Below are positions 8,971 through 19,132 of a DNA stretch of 64,000 bases, in pieces. Position 1 is the stretch's first letter. The number at the start of each line of letters is the position of its first letter. The stretch lies in the IMG/VR virus record IMGVR_UViG_3300011337_000467, positions 31,723-95,722 of that record; one strand, given 5' to 3'. The notes beneath the pieces are model-generated. The model was not told where the DNA came from, searched no databases, and worked only from the letters and a program-made list of their open reading frames with translations. The position numbers and the translations under genes are program-made. This DNA comes from a virus. Taxonomy: Duplodnaviria > Heunggongvirae > Uroviricota > Caudoviricetes.

Positions 8971-9891
8971 ATGGCTGATCAAGCACAAACACAAATTCAA
9001 GTCAACATCGATTACTTGAAAACCACTCGAGTTCATATCTGCATGCCCTGTTATGGCGGCCAGCTGACAGAATCAACTTTTATGAGTTTTATCAAATGGG
9101 CCAATACCGCACGCCAACTGGGCATTGATTGGACAGTAGAAACCATGACAAACGAAAGTTTGATCAGTCGTGCTAGAAACACACTCACAGCCAAGTTCTT
9201 GAACACAGAAGGTTCCACACACTTGATGTTTATTGACGCTGACATTGGCTGGGAGCCATGGCACCTACTGGTGTTGCTAGACGCACAAAAAGATGTTATA
9301 GGCGGCCTATACCCAATGAAATCACTGCCTGTGAAATGGTGTGTGAACGGCATTCCTGGCCAAGCAGAAGATCCTACCTCTAACCATGTTGAAGTTACAA
9401 AAACTGGCACTGGTTTCTTGTTGATGAAACGTGAAGTATTTGAGAAATTGAATGCTCACCCCGCTGTGCGTCATTTCAACAATGACATTGGGCTTGACTC
9501 TAGTCTAGACAAATACATGAAAACCTACTTTGACACTGCTGTGCGTGAAAATCGCTACTACTCAGAAGACTGGACATTCTGTGAAAACTGGCGTGATCTG
9601 GGTGGTCAGGTTTGGATTGACAAGCGTATCCTGTTGCGTCACACAGGCACCTATGTGTTTGATTACAACACACATGAACAACTGTACAAGGATCTACGTG
9701 TGATGTTTGATCCCGAAGCTGCTCAAGCTGCCGCTGCAAAGGCCGCTAAGGCCACTGAGGAAGTGGCAGCAATGAATGCTACTCTTGCAGCCACACCAGC
9801 TGTGTTGGCTGATTCTGCCCCTGCAGAAGTCAAAACAGAAGTGTTGGCAAGTAGCAAGAAGAAATCCAAGAAAGAAGCAGCCGCGGCTTAA
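8971..9891 (+). CDS. Putative GT-A-like glycosyltransferase with an Ala/Lys-rich (histone-H1-like) C-terminal tail
   Basis: 'ICMPCYGG..LISRARN..FIDADIGW' resembles a nucleotide-sugar transferase core (DxD-like 'DAD'). The last ~60 aa are AAKAAKA/KKKSKK low-complexity. Confidence 0.3.
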   Translation: MADQAQTQIQVNIDYLKTTRVHICMPCYGGQLTESTFMSFIKWANTARQLGIDWTVETMTNESLISRARNTLTAKFLNTEGSTHLMFIDADIGWEPWHLLVLLDAQKDVIGGLYPMKSLPVKWCVNGIPGQAEDPTSNHVEVTKTGTGFLLMKREVFEKLNAHPAVRHFNNDIGLDSSLDKYMKTYFDTAVRENRYYSEDWTFCENWRDLGGQVWIDKRILLRHTGTYVFDYNTHEQLYKDLRVMFDPEAAQAAAAKAAKATEEVAAMNATLAATPAVLADSAPAEVKTEVLASSKKKSKKEAAAA

Positions 9892-9908
9892 CGGTAAATA
9901 CAGTTCGT

Positions 9909-12900
9909 ATGCATATTACAGAACTGGACTCCTTTAAACTAAGCGATGCTGTAAAGTTTCACAATCGTCTCAACCCTAAAATCTGGGGGCGAGACGAGCA
10001 CTTGTTGCCCGAGGTGCGTGAAAAACTCATGGCCATTGCGGACAATTTTCGCGAATTTCTTGGCGTGGGCGACCTTGACGTCCGAGACATAACCATCTCA
10101 GGCAGCAATGCTGCCTACAGCTATACTCCATATTCCGACATTGATCTACACCTTGTGGTAGAATTTCCTGCTGACGACGAAGTTTATCAGGAACTGTTCA
10201 ATGCCAAAAAATATCAATACAACGACGAACACAATCTAGCCATTGGCGGCGTGCCTGTGGAATTGTATGTGCAAAATGCAGCCGAATCCCCTGTGAGCCA
10301 AGGCGAGTATTCTATCCCACGTGAAGAATGGATTCAAGTACCACGCAGAAAACGTGCTAGAATTGATGATACCTGTGTGCGAGCCAAGGTAGAAGATTTG
10401 GATGCCAGAATACATTCTGCCATCCAATCTGGCAATGCTGAACACATGAGCAGACTGTGGGACAAGATCAAGTCCATGCGTCAAAGTGGCTTGGATGCTC
10501 ACGGTGAGTTTGGTTGCGAAAACATTGTGTTTAAAATTCTGCGCAACAAAGGCTGCATTAAAGATTTGCGCACAGCCAGAACAGCCGCACAAGATCATGA
10601 ACTAAGTCTAAAAGAACAAGACCATGCTCCGCAATTCCATTGGGGATTTGCAGAAGGCCATCAAGGTCAACCCTACAGCTCACCAGATGGCGTGGCACCC
10701 AGCACACAAATGTTCTTGAACGAAGATGACACTGAAAACATGGTGCAACAGTTCATTCAAGACACTGCTGAACGCTTGGGCATTGAGCGCATGCCTGAAA
10801 TTGTGCTGCATGACAATGATGGATGGAGTGAAGAAAATCATTCGTTTGGCATGTACATTCCCGATCAACATGTGTTGCATGTGAACATTCGCAATCGTCA
10901 TATCATGGATATTTTGCGAACCACAGCACATGAACTGGCACACTGTCGTCAAAATGAATTAGAACAATTGGATCACACATCTGGCAACACAGGGTCACCT
11001 ATAGAAAATGAAGCACACGCTGTGGCAGGCATCATCATGCGAGACTTTGCAGATGCACACCCAGACTTGTTTGACCAAGAAGCCATTCGTGAATCATCAG
11101 GATATATTCCTACCAAGGCACAAGCAAACGATCCACGCTTTAAGATGGCACTAACTGTTGATGTGCAACCAGGACAAACAGGTAAAGAAGCCAACAAGAT
11201 GAGACTGGCTACTGATGCACAAGGTCATCCACAACTGTTGCGAGCAGACGGCAAGATAAAGTTGGCAGAAAGCCTTGCCCAAGAATTTGAATTGTTTGAA
11301 GAACAAGACCTGTTTGAAATAAACATGGGCAGCAAGAGTCTACGCCGAGAAGCAGCCAAGACAGGTGCCATTGCTGGCATGGAATTTGAAATGATTGTGC
11401 CTGGCATGGAGTCTGAAGATCCTGAACAGGAACCCGACTATGATCAGGATGAACGCTGTGTTAGTATTGATGATGCTGTGAACTTCTTTCATGACGGCGA
11501 CTACAACGGTCGAAGAGAAGTTGCTGAATTACGTGACAGAATGTACAACGATTTCACTGAATGGCAGGATGATAAAATTCGCGATTCCTGGGGCATGGAC
11601 GGCGAAGAATACCTCAGAGAATGGATTGTGAATAATGTAGATGAAGACGAGTGGGCAGACCTTGATGCAGACAAAACCGATTCACTTGATCAATTTGTTG
11701 CTAATGTTTATGCTGATCCTTCTAGTGATTACTACAATCAGGCCTTTGATGAATACCGTGAAGAAAATCAGGACAACTGGGACGAAAGCGATTGGTTAGA
11801 TGCCGAAGACCTTGACCGCATGAGTGGCATTGAAAGTGCCTATGATATAACTTGGCCATACTGGACTAGCATAAACAGCGGCGAGATTGACGCAGATCAA
11901 GTGGCTGACGAATTCAGTCAGGCTGTGGGCCGTGAAGTGCGAGTGAACACAAGATATCATCAGTCCGGTGCCAGACCCGATCCAAGCAATCAGTTCTATG
12001 TGGTGGAACCAGACGGCAGTTTGGAAGGCGACAATCCAGGCGACGAAGGCCTGGAGTTTGTGAGCCCGCCCATGCCCATAGATGAACTATTGAAAGATTT
12101 GAACGCTGTCAAGTCCTGGGCTGGACGTATGGGTGTTTATACCAACAGTTCAACTGGCTTGCACATCAACATTTCAGTGCCTGACTACAGCAGAGACCGA
12201 TTGGACTTTGTGAAATTGGCCCTTCTGTTGGGCGACGAGTATGTGCTCAAACAATTTGGTCGTAGCTCAAATACCTATACCAAATCCGCCTTGGGCAAGG
12301 TGCGTGATCGTGTGCGATCCAACCCTGAAGACGCACAACGTTTACTGGACAAGATGAAGGGCCAAATGGGTGAACTGGCTTCTAAAGCCATCCATTCAGG
12401 CAGCACAGACAAATACACATCAATCAACACCAAAGACGGACACATTGAATTCCGCTCGCCCGGTGGCGACTGGTTGGACGACAACTTTGACAAGATTGAA
12501 AACACTCTGTTGAGATTCACAGTGGCTATGAGTGCGGCATTAAATCCTGAAGCCTATCGAGAAGAATACCAAAAGAAACTGTACAAGCTGTTGACTCAGG
12601 ATCAAAAGGATTCAGACACAATCCGATACTTCTCAGACTATGTGGCAGGCAAGATTCCCAAGGCTGCCTTGCGTAGTTTTGTGAAACAAGCACAACTAGA
12701 ACGCAAGGTAAAACGCGGTGAAGCCGGCAATCAAAAGATGTGGTGGAGCGTTACCAATCCCCCGCAAAGTTCTGCCGGTATAGAAGTTGTTGCTACCTCT
12801 CGAGAAGAAGCCATTGAAAAGGCCCTAGGCCCAGATGGCTATCCTTCGTGGACCAACACAAGACAATCCATTGTGGCCAAGCCCGTGCGTCCATACGAAG

Positions 12901-14915
12901 AAAAACCTGCACAAGATCAAGACAGTGCAACCTCTGGCAATTGGGGTGTTTGGGTAGCAATGCTTGATCGCTATGCTGAAATGAATGTTGACGGTCAGTC
13001 TGTAACTAGAAGATTTACTGACCAGGCGGCTGCGCAAGACTGGATACAGGATTACAACACACGGCAACCAGGAAATGGTCTTGCATTAGTTGCTCAAGAG
13101 ATTGAACCATCAGAACCACGAGACACATCACAGTTTGGTGCAGCACGTGGTGCTCCAAACTGGGAAATTCGACGTAACAGTGATCAAGAAGTTGTTCATC
13201 GCTTCAATGCAGACAATCAAAATGCTGCTATGATCCAAGCAACTGATTTTATGAACACTCAAGGATGGAGTAACGACGATTACACTATTCAATCAGCCAA
13301 CAGTCAAACAAATGTAAACCCTTTACGCCCAACTGGTCCAGGTCCGTGGGAAGTGGCCAACAGAAACAACAACCAAGTGTACTACAATACAGAGTTCACA
13401 AATCGCGGTGCCGCAGAATCAGAAGCAAGAACTTGGCTAAGTCAAAATGGCCACAATCCCAACGACTTTGAAGTAAGAACTAGAGAAGGTTCTAGATCAG
13501 ATGCTGAACAAAACGGTATCATTGACATTGAGCCAGACCTAGAATTTGCAAGCCCACAACAATACGAAATTTTTAATAATGATACTGGGCAAATTGCTGT
13601 TGCATTCCTTGCCCCCGATGATAGTGCGGCTATACAAAGATTACTACAGTACCGTGAAACCCATGGAGATGCTGACTATCGTACCCGCCGGTCTGCTGTT
13701 GCAGGATCCACAGCAGCCTTGGCACAACAGAGAGCCACGCCAGGCACATTCTCTGGTGCATGGAAGGTGTTGGTCAACGGTGAAGAAGTTTATAGATTCT
13801 CAGGCGTGGGTAATAGTCAATCGGATGCCAACAGAGTTGCAGCCACTTGGTTGCGAAACAATGGACGGGGCGTGTCAGGCGAAGGCTTTGAAGTGTATCC
13901 TATCATGACAGAAGGCAAGGATCGCTACGGCAATTTTGATCCTCCTGGTCCAGAGACACCGCCCACAATGCCAGCTGGCACTGTGCGAGTGGATGTGAGT
14001 GATGTGTATGACTGGTACAAACTGGGTCAGCATATTTCAAACATGAAGGGTCTGGGCAAACATGACTTTGGCAAAGGACCACCCAGTGCTATCATAAGTT
14101 TTGGTGACGAAGATCTAGAACATCAGTATATACAGGCATTGAAACAAACTGGGCTAACCACTACTGACATTGATCCTGTGGATCCCGCACAACCTGCAGG
14201 CATGCCGCGTCAAAAGACTGATCCTACCTACAATGTAACTGAAGCTGATGCCAGCGACTATGAACTGCATGATAGACCCAAGCTGGACCAAGTGTTGGCC
14301 AAATGCTGTCGCATGGTTGTACAAGGTCAACAGCGAGATCCCAAACGCTATGGACAAGTTGCTGCCTGTGTGATTGACCCCGACAACCGAATGATCTACG
14401 GCATCAACTTGCCTGCTAAAGATGGCACACGCCGCCATGCTGAACGAGTGGCCATAGACAAGTATAGAAAATCCATTGGTGAAATTCCACAAGGTAGTAT
14501 TGTGGTTACAACTTGCAGTCCCTGCAACTCGCCCATGGAAGAACGCCACGGAGAAAGTTGCAAAGACTTGTTAAACTCTGTAGGCATACACAAAGTATAT
14601 GCCGGCTATCAAGACCCCACACAGCATGACGATTCGGACGCTGACTTCCGTGTGTATGTGACTGAGAATGACCAACTATGGGGCGAATGTCAGTTGTTTG
14701 CTCAAACATTCTTGGGCAAGGAAGAACTGCCTGAAAACTTTGCTGATGGTCGGAATCCGCAAGACAAGGGCGATTCAAAAAGACACGGCGTGCCCACCAA
14801 AGCATCAGTAAGCACCTTGCGTAAAGTGGCCAAACAAGGCGGTCGCAAAGGGCAACTGGCACATTGGATGGCCAACATGAAGGCTGGGCGGGCTAAAGCC
14901 AAACGCAATAAATAA
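9909..14915 (+). CDS. Giant polyvalent protein: nucleotidyltransferase + HExxH metallopeptidase + GS-like amidoligase + 5 tandem repeats + CDA-like nucleotide deaminase
   Basis: Motifs in order: 'GSNAAYSYTPYSDIDLHLVV' (minimal NTase G[GS]...DxD), 'HELAH' (Zn peptidase), 'GLEFVSPP...GLHINISV' (amidoligase_2-like), five ~45-aa repeats, then 'HAE...TCSPCNSPMEE' (deaminase H[AC]E/PCxxC). Confidence 0.7.
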   Translation: MHITELDSFKLSDAVKFHNRLNPKIWGRDEHLLPEVREKLMAIADNFREFLGVGDLDVRDITISGSNAAYSYTPYSDIDLHLVVEFPADDEVYQELFNAKKYQYNDEHNLAIGGVPVELYVQNAAESPVSQGEYSIPREEWIQVPRRKRARIDDTCVRAKVEDLDARIHSAIQSGNAEHMSRLWDKIKSMRQSGLDAHGEFGCENIVFKILRNKGCIKDLRTARTAAQDHELSLKEQDHAPQFHWGFAEGHQGQPYSSPDGVAPSTQMFLNEDDTENMVQQFIQDTAERLGIERMPEIVLHDNDGWSEENHSFGMYIPDQHVLHVNIRNRHIMDILRTTAHELAHCRQNELEQLDHTSGNTGSPIENEAHAVAGIIMRDFADAHPDLFDQEAIRESSGYIPTKAQANDPRFKMALTVDVQPGQTGKEANKMRLATDAQGHPQLLRADGKIKLAESLAQEFELFEEQDLFEINMGSKSLRREAAKTGAIAGMEFEMIVPGMESEDPEQEPDYDQDERCVSIDDAVNFFHDGDYNGRREVAELRDRMYNDFTEWQDDKIRDSWGMDGEEYLREWIVNNVDEDEWADLDADKTDSLDQFVANVYADPSSDYYNQAFDEYREENQDNWDESDWLDAEDLDRMSGIESAYDITWPYWTSINSGEIDADQVADEFSQAVGREVRVNTRYHQSGARPDPSNQFYVVEPDGSLEGDNPGDEGLEFVSPPMPIDELLKDLNAVKSWAGRMGVYTNSSTGLHINISVPDYSRDRLDFVKLALLLGDEYVLKQFGRSSNTYTKSALGKVRDRVRSNPEDAQRLLDKMKGQMGELASKAIHSGSTDKYTSINTKDGHIEFRSPGGDWLDDNFDKIENTLLRFTVAMSAALNPEAYREEYQKKLYKLLTQDQKDSDTIRYFSDYVAGKIPKAALRSFVKQAQLERKVKRGEAGNQKMWWSVTNPPQSSAGIEVVATSREEAIEKALGPDGYPSWTNTRQSIVAKPVRPYEEKPAQDQDSATSGNWGVWVAMLDRYAEMNVDGQSVTRRFTDQAAAQDWIQDYNTRQPGNGLALVAQEIEPSEPRDTSQFGAARGAPNWEIRRNSDQEVVHRFNADNQNAAMIQATDFMNTQGWSNDDYTIQSANSQTNVNPLRPTGPGPWEVANRNNNQVYYNTEFTNRGAAESEARTWLSQNGHNPNDFEVRTREGSRSDAEQNGIIDIEPDLEFASPQQYEIFNNDTGQIAVAFLAPDDSAAIQRLLQYRETHGDADYRTRRSAVAGSTAALAQQRATPGTFSGAWKVLVNGEEVYRFSGVGNSQSDANRVAATWLRNNGRGVSGEGFEVYPIMTEGKDRYGNFDPPGPETPPTMPAGTVRVDVSDVYDWYKLGQHISNMKGLGKHDFGKGPPSAIISFGDEDLEHQYIQALKQTGLTTTDIDPVDPAQPAGMPRQKTDPTYNVTEADASDYELHDRPKLDQVLAKCCRMVVQGQQRDPKRYGQVAACVIDPDNRMIYGINLPAKDGTRRHAERVAIDKYRKSIGEIPQGSIVVTTCSPCNSPMEERHGESCKDLLNSVGIHKVYAGYQDPTQHDDSDADFRVYVTENDQLWGECQLFAQTFLGKEELPENFADGRNPQDKGDSKRHGVPTKASVSTLRKVAKQGGRKGQLAHWMANMKAGRAKAKRNK

Positions 14916-14921
14916 ACAATC

Positions 14922-15269
14922 ATGACTTACAAAGAGATTCTCGAAGCCTGCTGGGACGGTTATCGCCGCAAACCCGGCACCACCGAGTATTCCAAAGGCA
15001 GTTGTGAAAAGATCAGCGAGCAGGATCTGGAAGAAAATCTCCGAAACTGGTTCAAAGAAAAATGGGTACGCTTTGGGCCTGATGGCAAAATCCGTGGTAA
15101 TTGTGCCAGAGACAGTTCAAAAGAAGGCAAGCCCAAGTGTTTGCCGCAGGCCAAGGCACATGCTCTAGGCAAGAAAGGCCGAGCATCAGCAGCAGCCAGA
15201 AAACGCAGACAAGATCCCAATCCCAACCGCAAAGGACCGGCCATTAATGTGGCCACAAAGAAAAAATGA
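14922..15269 (+). CDS. Small basic protein (Lys/Arg-rich C-terminus), possibly a nucleic-acid-binding or internal virion protein
   Basis: 115-aa ORF 6 nt after the giant gene. C-terminus 'KKGRASAAARKRRQDPNPNRKGP'. Confidence 0.4.
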   Translation: MTYKEILEACWDGYRRKPGTTEYSKGSCEKISEQDLEENLRNWFKEKWVRFGPDGKIRGNCARDSSKEGKPKCLPQAKAHALGKKGRASAAARKRRQDPNPNRKGPAINVATKKK

Positions 15270-16489
15270 TTATAACTGACTTATTTGAATCTCATCAAAC
15301 CTGCCCCGAATGCGGCGGTCCTTCGTTTTCAGACTTGATCCTGGCTGAGAAAAAAGATGCCTGTTACTATAAAGTCAAAGCGTCGGCTAAGGTATGGCCA
15401 TCAGCCTATGCGTCAGGACGACTGGTTCAGTGTCGTAAAAAAGGCGCTGACAACTATGGCAACAGCAAGAACGAAGGTGTGATGGAAATGGACAAATCAC
15501 AAACTCCTCCGGGTCGTGATGGTAGTAACGATTCAGACGCCGGCAAGAAAGAATACACTGCTAAAGCAACCACTGCTAAAAAAGTAGCCCAGGATGCTGA
15601 AAAGATTCTAAACAAAGAGTTAAACAAGAAGAAAGGCATGGCGGAAGGCTTCCCTCATGATGTTGACCACATGCCGGGTCCTGTGATTCGCAATGCTGAT
15701 ATGACTACAGATAATGTCAAGACCAAAGACCAAGCAGAATGGGACAGAGCCACTGATAGCATTAACGCACGGGTGTTTGATGACATGAGTGAATTTCGCA
15801 CCGACAGCAAAGGTGAAACAGTTGTCGGTGATAGCGCAGTTTGGGCCAAGTGGGACAACGCCACGCAAACAGGTTGGTTCAATGCTAAAGGTCGCCCATT
15901 AAAGCCTTGGCCTGTTAAAGAGCAAGGTGTGGCAGAAGACCAGTTGGCAGAAAAGTCAGTGAGCCAAGCACAATTCCGCACCATGGCAGCGGCAGCACAC
16001 AATCCCAAATTTGCCAAGAAAGTTGGCATCAGTCCGGCAGTGGCAAAAGAGTTTCACTCTGCAGACAAAAACAGCAACTACAAAAAACTTCCTGACCGCA
16101 CCACAGAAGGCGAAGTTGAAAAAACCAAAACAGGCATGATACATCGTAGCAGTGGTGCATATGGTGGTGGTGAAGCACCACGTGCTTATTATGATCCGGG
16201 CAAATATGCCAAAGACATTGATCATTTAGACAAAGGTTTAACTGCCAAATTAGACAAGAGTATGGGCATTAAATGGCCACATGGTAACAAAAAATCAGGC
16301 ATGGACGAAGGCGAACAACAAAAGGGTGCTGACTATCGTGATCCGCCCGAAGCCGACTACGGCGATGACTATCAAGACATGGTTGCCAGAGTGAAAAAAT
16401 TAGCTGGACTGGGTCCGTTAAAAACTGTGTATGATCCTGCCCGGCGTGTGTACCGAAATGTACCAACAGCTCAACAACCTAAAAAATGA
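15266..16489 (+). CDS. Lys-rich protein with an N-terminal zinc-ribbon (CPECGG...C)
   Basis: ATGA start/stop overlap with the upstream gene. 'CPECGG' plus downstream Cys. Long K/E/D-rich low-complexity body. Confidence 0.4.
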   Translation: MIITDLFESHQTCPECGGPSFSDLILAEKKDACYYKVKASAKVWPSAYASGRLVQCRKKGADNYGNSKNEGVMEMDKSQTPPGRDGSNDSDAGKKEYTAKATTAKKVAQDAEKILNKELNKKKGMAEGFPHDVDHMPGPVIRNADMTTDNVKTKDQAEWDRATDSINARVFDDMSEFRTDSKGETVVGDSAVWAKWDNATQTGWFNAKGRPLKPWPVKEQGVAEDQLAEKSVSQAQFRTMAAAAHNPKFAKKVGISPAVAKEFHSADKNSNYKKLPDRTTEGEVEKTKTGMIHRSSGAYGGGEAPRAYYDPGKYAKDIDHLDKGLTAKLDKSMGIKWPHGNKKSGMDEGEQQKGADYRDPPEADYGDDYQDMVARVKKLAGLGPLKTVYDPARRVYRNVPTAQQPKK

Positions 16490-16989
16490 GAATCTCAGAC
16501 ATCGTAACTGAAAACACCCTAGGAACTGTGTTGACATGGCCTTGGGTTGTTAACAAAATCAACAGCGCAATGAAAGCCACGGGCTGGAAAGGGCAACGTC
16601 AAAGCGATGGCACTTTTATGTTTAGTGTGAAAGGTCAAGAAACTGATGACCAGTTTTATTTTGTTATTATAGAAAACGCTGGGGAAGGTTTCTTTTCATA
16701 CGCATTAGGCACAGTAGAAGAAGGTGATCCATACATTGATGATGCTTATAGAGGTAAATTGCCCAACACAGAAGCCAGTGTAAGCGAGTTAATGAATGAG
16801 ATTCGTGAAGGGTTTGGACTAAACGAAGAGCAGCTAAACGAGCTCACCTTTATGGGTTCACAATGCACCAAAGACTGTTCCGGACACCGTGCTGGATACA
16901 ATTGGAGTGTTGCTCGAGGACGCAAGAGTGCAGCTTCATGGTCAAACTCATTCAACAAAGGCGCTGAATTAGCAGCCACTGGACATTGA
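16486..16989 (+). CDS. Hypothetical protein
   Basis: ATGA overlap with the upstream gene; 167 aa. Confidence 0.4.
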   Translation: MRISDIVTENTLGTVLTWPWVVNKINSAMKATGWKGQRQSDGTFMFSVKGQETDDQFYFVIIENAGEGFFSYALGTVEEGDPYIDDAYRGKLPNTEASVSELMNEIREGFGLNEEQLNELTFMGSQCTKDCSGHRAGYNWSVARGRKSAASWSNSFNKGAELAATGH

Positions 16990-17004
16990 CCCATACATAA
17001 GTGC

Positions 17005-17814
17005 ATGATTGATATCTGCACAGTTGTATTTGAATCCGAACTTGACATTCTAAAACTACAAGCCCGTAGCATTGAGCTATATTGTAAAGACATCGGCTTG
17101 AAAAATATCTTTGTAATGGTGAATGATCTTAGCCGAGTAGATCCTGCCTGGTATGGTGCATTTGCTGATCATGTAAAAATCGTTCCAAGATCTGCATTTG
17201 GTTGCGCTTGGAGTGACAACGGTTGGGTCAGTCAACAAGTGTTAAAGATATTAGGTGCAGCTCAGAGTGAGAATACCTGGTGCATGATTGTAGATGCCAA
17301 AACACTATTTGTGCGACCAATTGAGTTGGATCAAGTGATAGTAGACGGGCGTGCTGCTACAGGAAGTATGCCAATCTATCCTGTATTTGATGCCAGCCGA
17401 AACATAACCAACCAGTTGTTTGATATTGATTTGCCAGCACAGTTAGGCCCCGGTGGTGTGCCATTTTTTGTTGAACCCAGTTTAACAAGAGAAATGATTC
17501 AAGAAGTAGAACACAGAACTGGCCAAGACTTTAGTGACTACTTTCAACAACAGGGTCGGCTTACAGAGTTCATATTGTATTCAGGCTATGTGTGGTACCG
17601 AGATTGCACATTTGACAAGAGATATCACACACAATCAAACATTCATCCTGCTAATCTTTGCCACAGTGAAACAGGCATCTTTGATTCAAAACTTAACACA
17701 ATGAATCAGCCCAAAACTCTCACAGTAAGCATACACAGAAATGCATGGTCACAACTAAGCAAAGAACAACAGCAACAATATCATACATTGTTAGCCGAAA
17801 GAGGCATCTTATGA
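17005..17814 (+). CDS. Hypothetical protein
   Basis: 269-aa ORF; no motif recognised. Confidence 0.4.
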   Translation: MIDICTVVFESELDILKLQARSIELYCKDIGLKNIFVMVNDLSRVDPAWYGAFADHVKIVPRSAFGCAWSDNGWVSQQVLKILGAAQSENTWCMIVDAKTLFVRPIELDQVIVDGRAATGSMPIYPVFDASRNITNQLFDIDLPAQLGPGGVPFFVEPSLTREMIQEVEHRTGQDFSDYFQQQGRLTEFILYSGYVWYRDCTFDKRYHTQSNIHPANLCHSETGIFDSKLNTMNQPKTLTVSIHRNAWSQLSKEQQQQYHTLLAERGIL

Positions 17815-18326
17815 AAGCCTTGTGCTTGGTAGCACATCCAGATGACTGTGTGATATTTGCACTCAGTTATATTCACAATCATGCTGACCATGACTGGACT
17901 ATTGGCTACTTGACCTATACAGAGCAAGATCCTCGTGGATCAGAACTCTCTGACTTTTGGCACAAGCGTGGAATCAACTGTGTGTTCTTGGGCTTTGAAG
18001 ATCATTGGCACGACAATGAACAACAACGATTCACATGCTGGTCTGCACTAGATGCAGAAACAGCCTGCGCACAGTTGGCAGCCAACTACGACTTGATTCT
18101 CACACACGACAAGCAGGGGGATTATGGACACATACATCATCGTTTGGTTTACCGAGCTGTAGCCAATCATCCACGAGTGGTTACTTTTGCTCCGCCGGGC
18201 CAAGGAACTGTGACCTACACTGTGCCACCAGATACATATAGCATAGATGAACTACCACTGCATGGTGAGATTGTGCGTGGCTTTCATCCCATAACACATC
18301 AAAACGATTACAAGGAACGTCAATGA
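17811..18326 (+). CDS. LmbE/PIG-L family N-acetylglucosaminyl deacetylase-like protein
   Basis: 'LVAHPDDCVIFA' matches the AHPDDE zinc-binding signature of PIG-L/LmbE deacetylases. Start chosen at the ATG overlapping the upstream stop (ATGA at 17811). Confidence 0.55.
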   Translation: MKALCLVAHPDDCVIFALSYIHNHADHDWTIGYLTYTEQDPRGSELSDFWHKRGINCVFLGFEDHWHDNEQQRFTCWSALDAETACAQLAANYDLILTHDKQGDYGHIHHRLVYRAVANHPRVVTFAPPGQGTVTYTVPPDTYSIDELPLHGEIVRGFHPITHQNDYKERQ

Positions 18327-19132
18327 AATTAATGGTAGCAGGCTGTTCATTTTCAGCTGTGAGTCAAACTTTACCGGGCACTGCCTGGAGTGAACGCCTG
18401 GCTGAAAAACTAGGCGGCTGGGAATTGGTCAATCTTGCTAGACAAGGCTGTTCAAATGGCGGCATACGCATTCAAATAGATGAAATTCGTAGACAGCGTC
18501 CAGACTTTGCTGTGATTGGGCCTACCTTTTGGGATAGGATGGAAATACCTGCCAACTCTGTGCCTTATGACTGGACTCAAGCGCCTAGTGCAGGAGAAAA
18601 TCCTCCATTGGAACAGCACTTACAGAATAGAAAACTAGGTAATGGTTACTGCAGAGAAGATGGCATACGCAATGTAAACTATGGTCGAGAGCAATCAAAC
18701 ATGATCTGTGAAACTATCTTTACACTAGCTGAAAACTTTGATCATCCGTACAGAATGGGCCGCATTACTAAACAAGCGCAGACGGGTGTGCGGCATTGGA
18801 TTGATTCAATCTACGACAATGCCTGGAAAAAACAACAGGACGAGTGGATGATACGAGAAGGTGTGATCACCATGTTCTTAGAAGACATCCAGTTCTTGGT
18901 GCTGCCTAACTTGTTATGGCCCTTTGACCCTGCCAATGTCAATCAGTGGCGCGAAGCATTTCCTGCTCTTGTACCTGATCACTATATCAACTTGGACGAA
19001 GCACGCTCGCCACAGGCCATTTGCGGTAACAATCCGTTTACGGGCGAAGATCCTGGCTATCACTCAAGCCCTGCTGGACAAGAAATCATTGCTGAACACT
19101 TCTATCAGCACTGGCTTGCTTACTTCAAGTGA
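18323..19132 (+). CDS. SGNH/GDSL-like hydrolase (paralogue of 47728..48456)
   Basis: N-terminal 'MVAGCSFS' (GDS(L)-like block I) and a C-terminal His-containing block. Clear similarity to the 47728 ORF ('YVNGCSHT'). Confidence 0.35.
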   Translation: MKLMVAGCSFSAVSQTLPGTAWSERLAEKLGGWELVNLARQGCSNGGIRIQIDEIRRQRPDFAVIGPTFWDRMEIPANSVPYDWTQAPSAGENPPLEQHLQNRKLGNGYCREDGIRNVNYGREQSNMICETIFTLAENFDHPYRMGRITKQAQTGVRHWIDSIYDNAWKKQQDEWMIREGVITMFLEDIQFLVLPNLLWPFDPANVNQWREAFPALVPDHYINLDEARSPQAICGNNPFTGEDPGYHSSPAGQEIIAEHFYQHWLAYFK

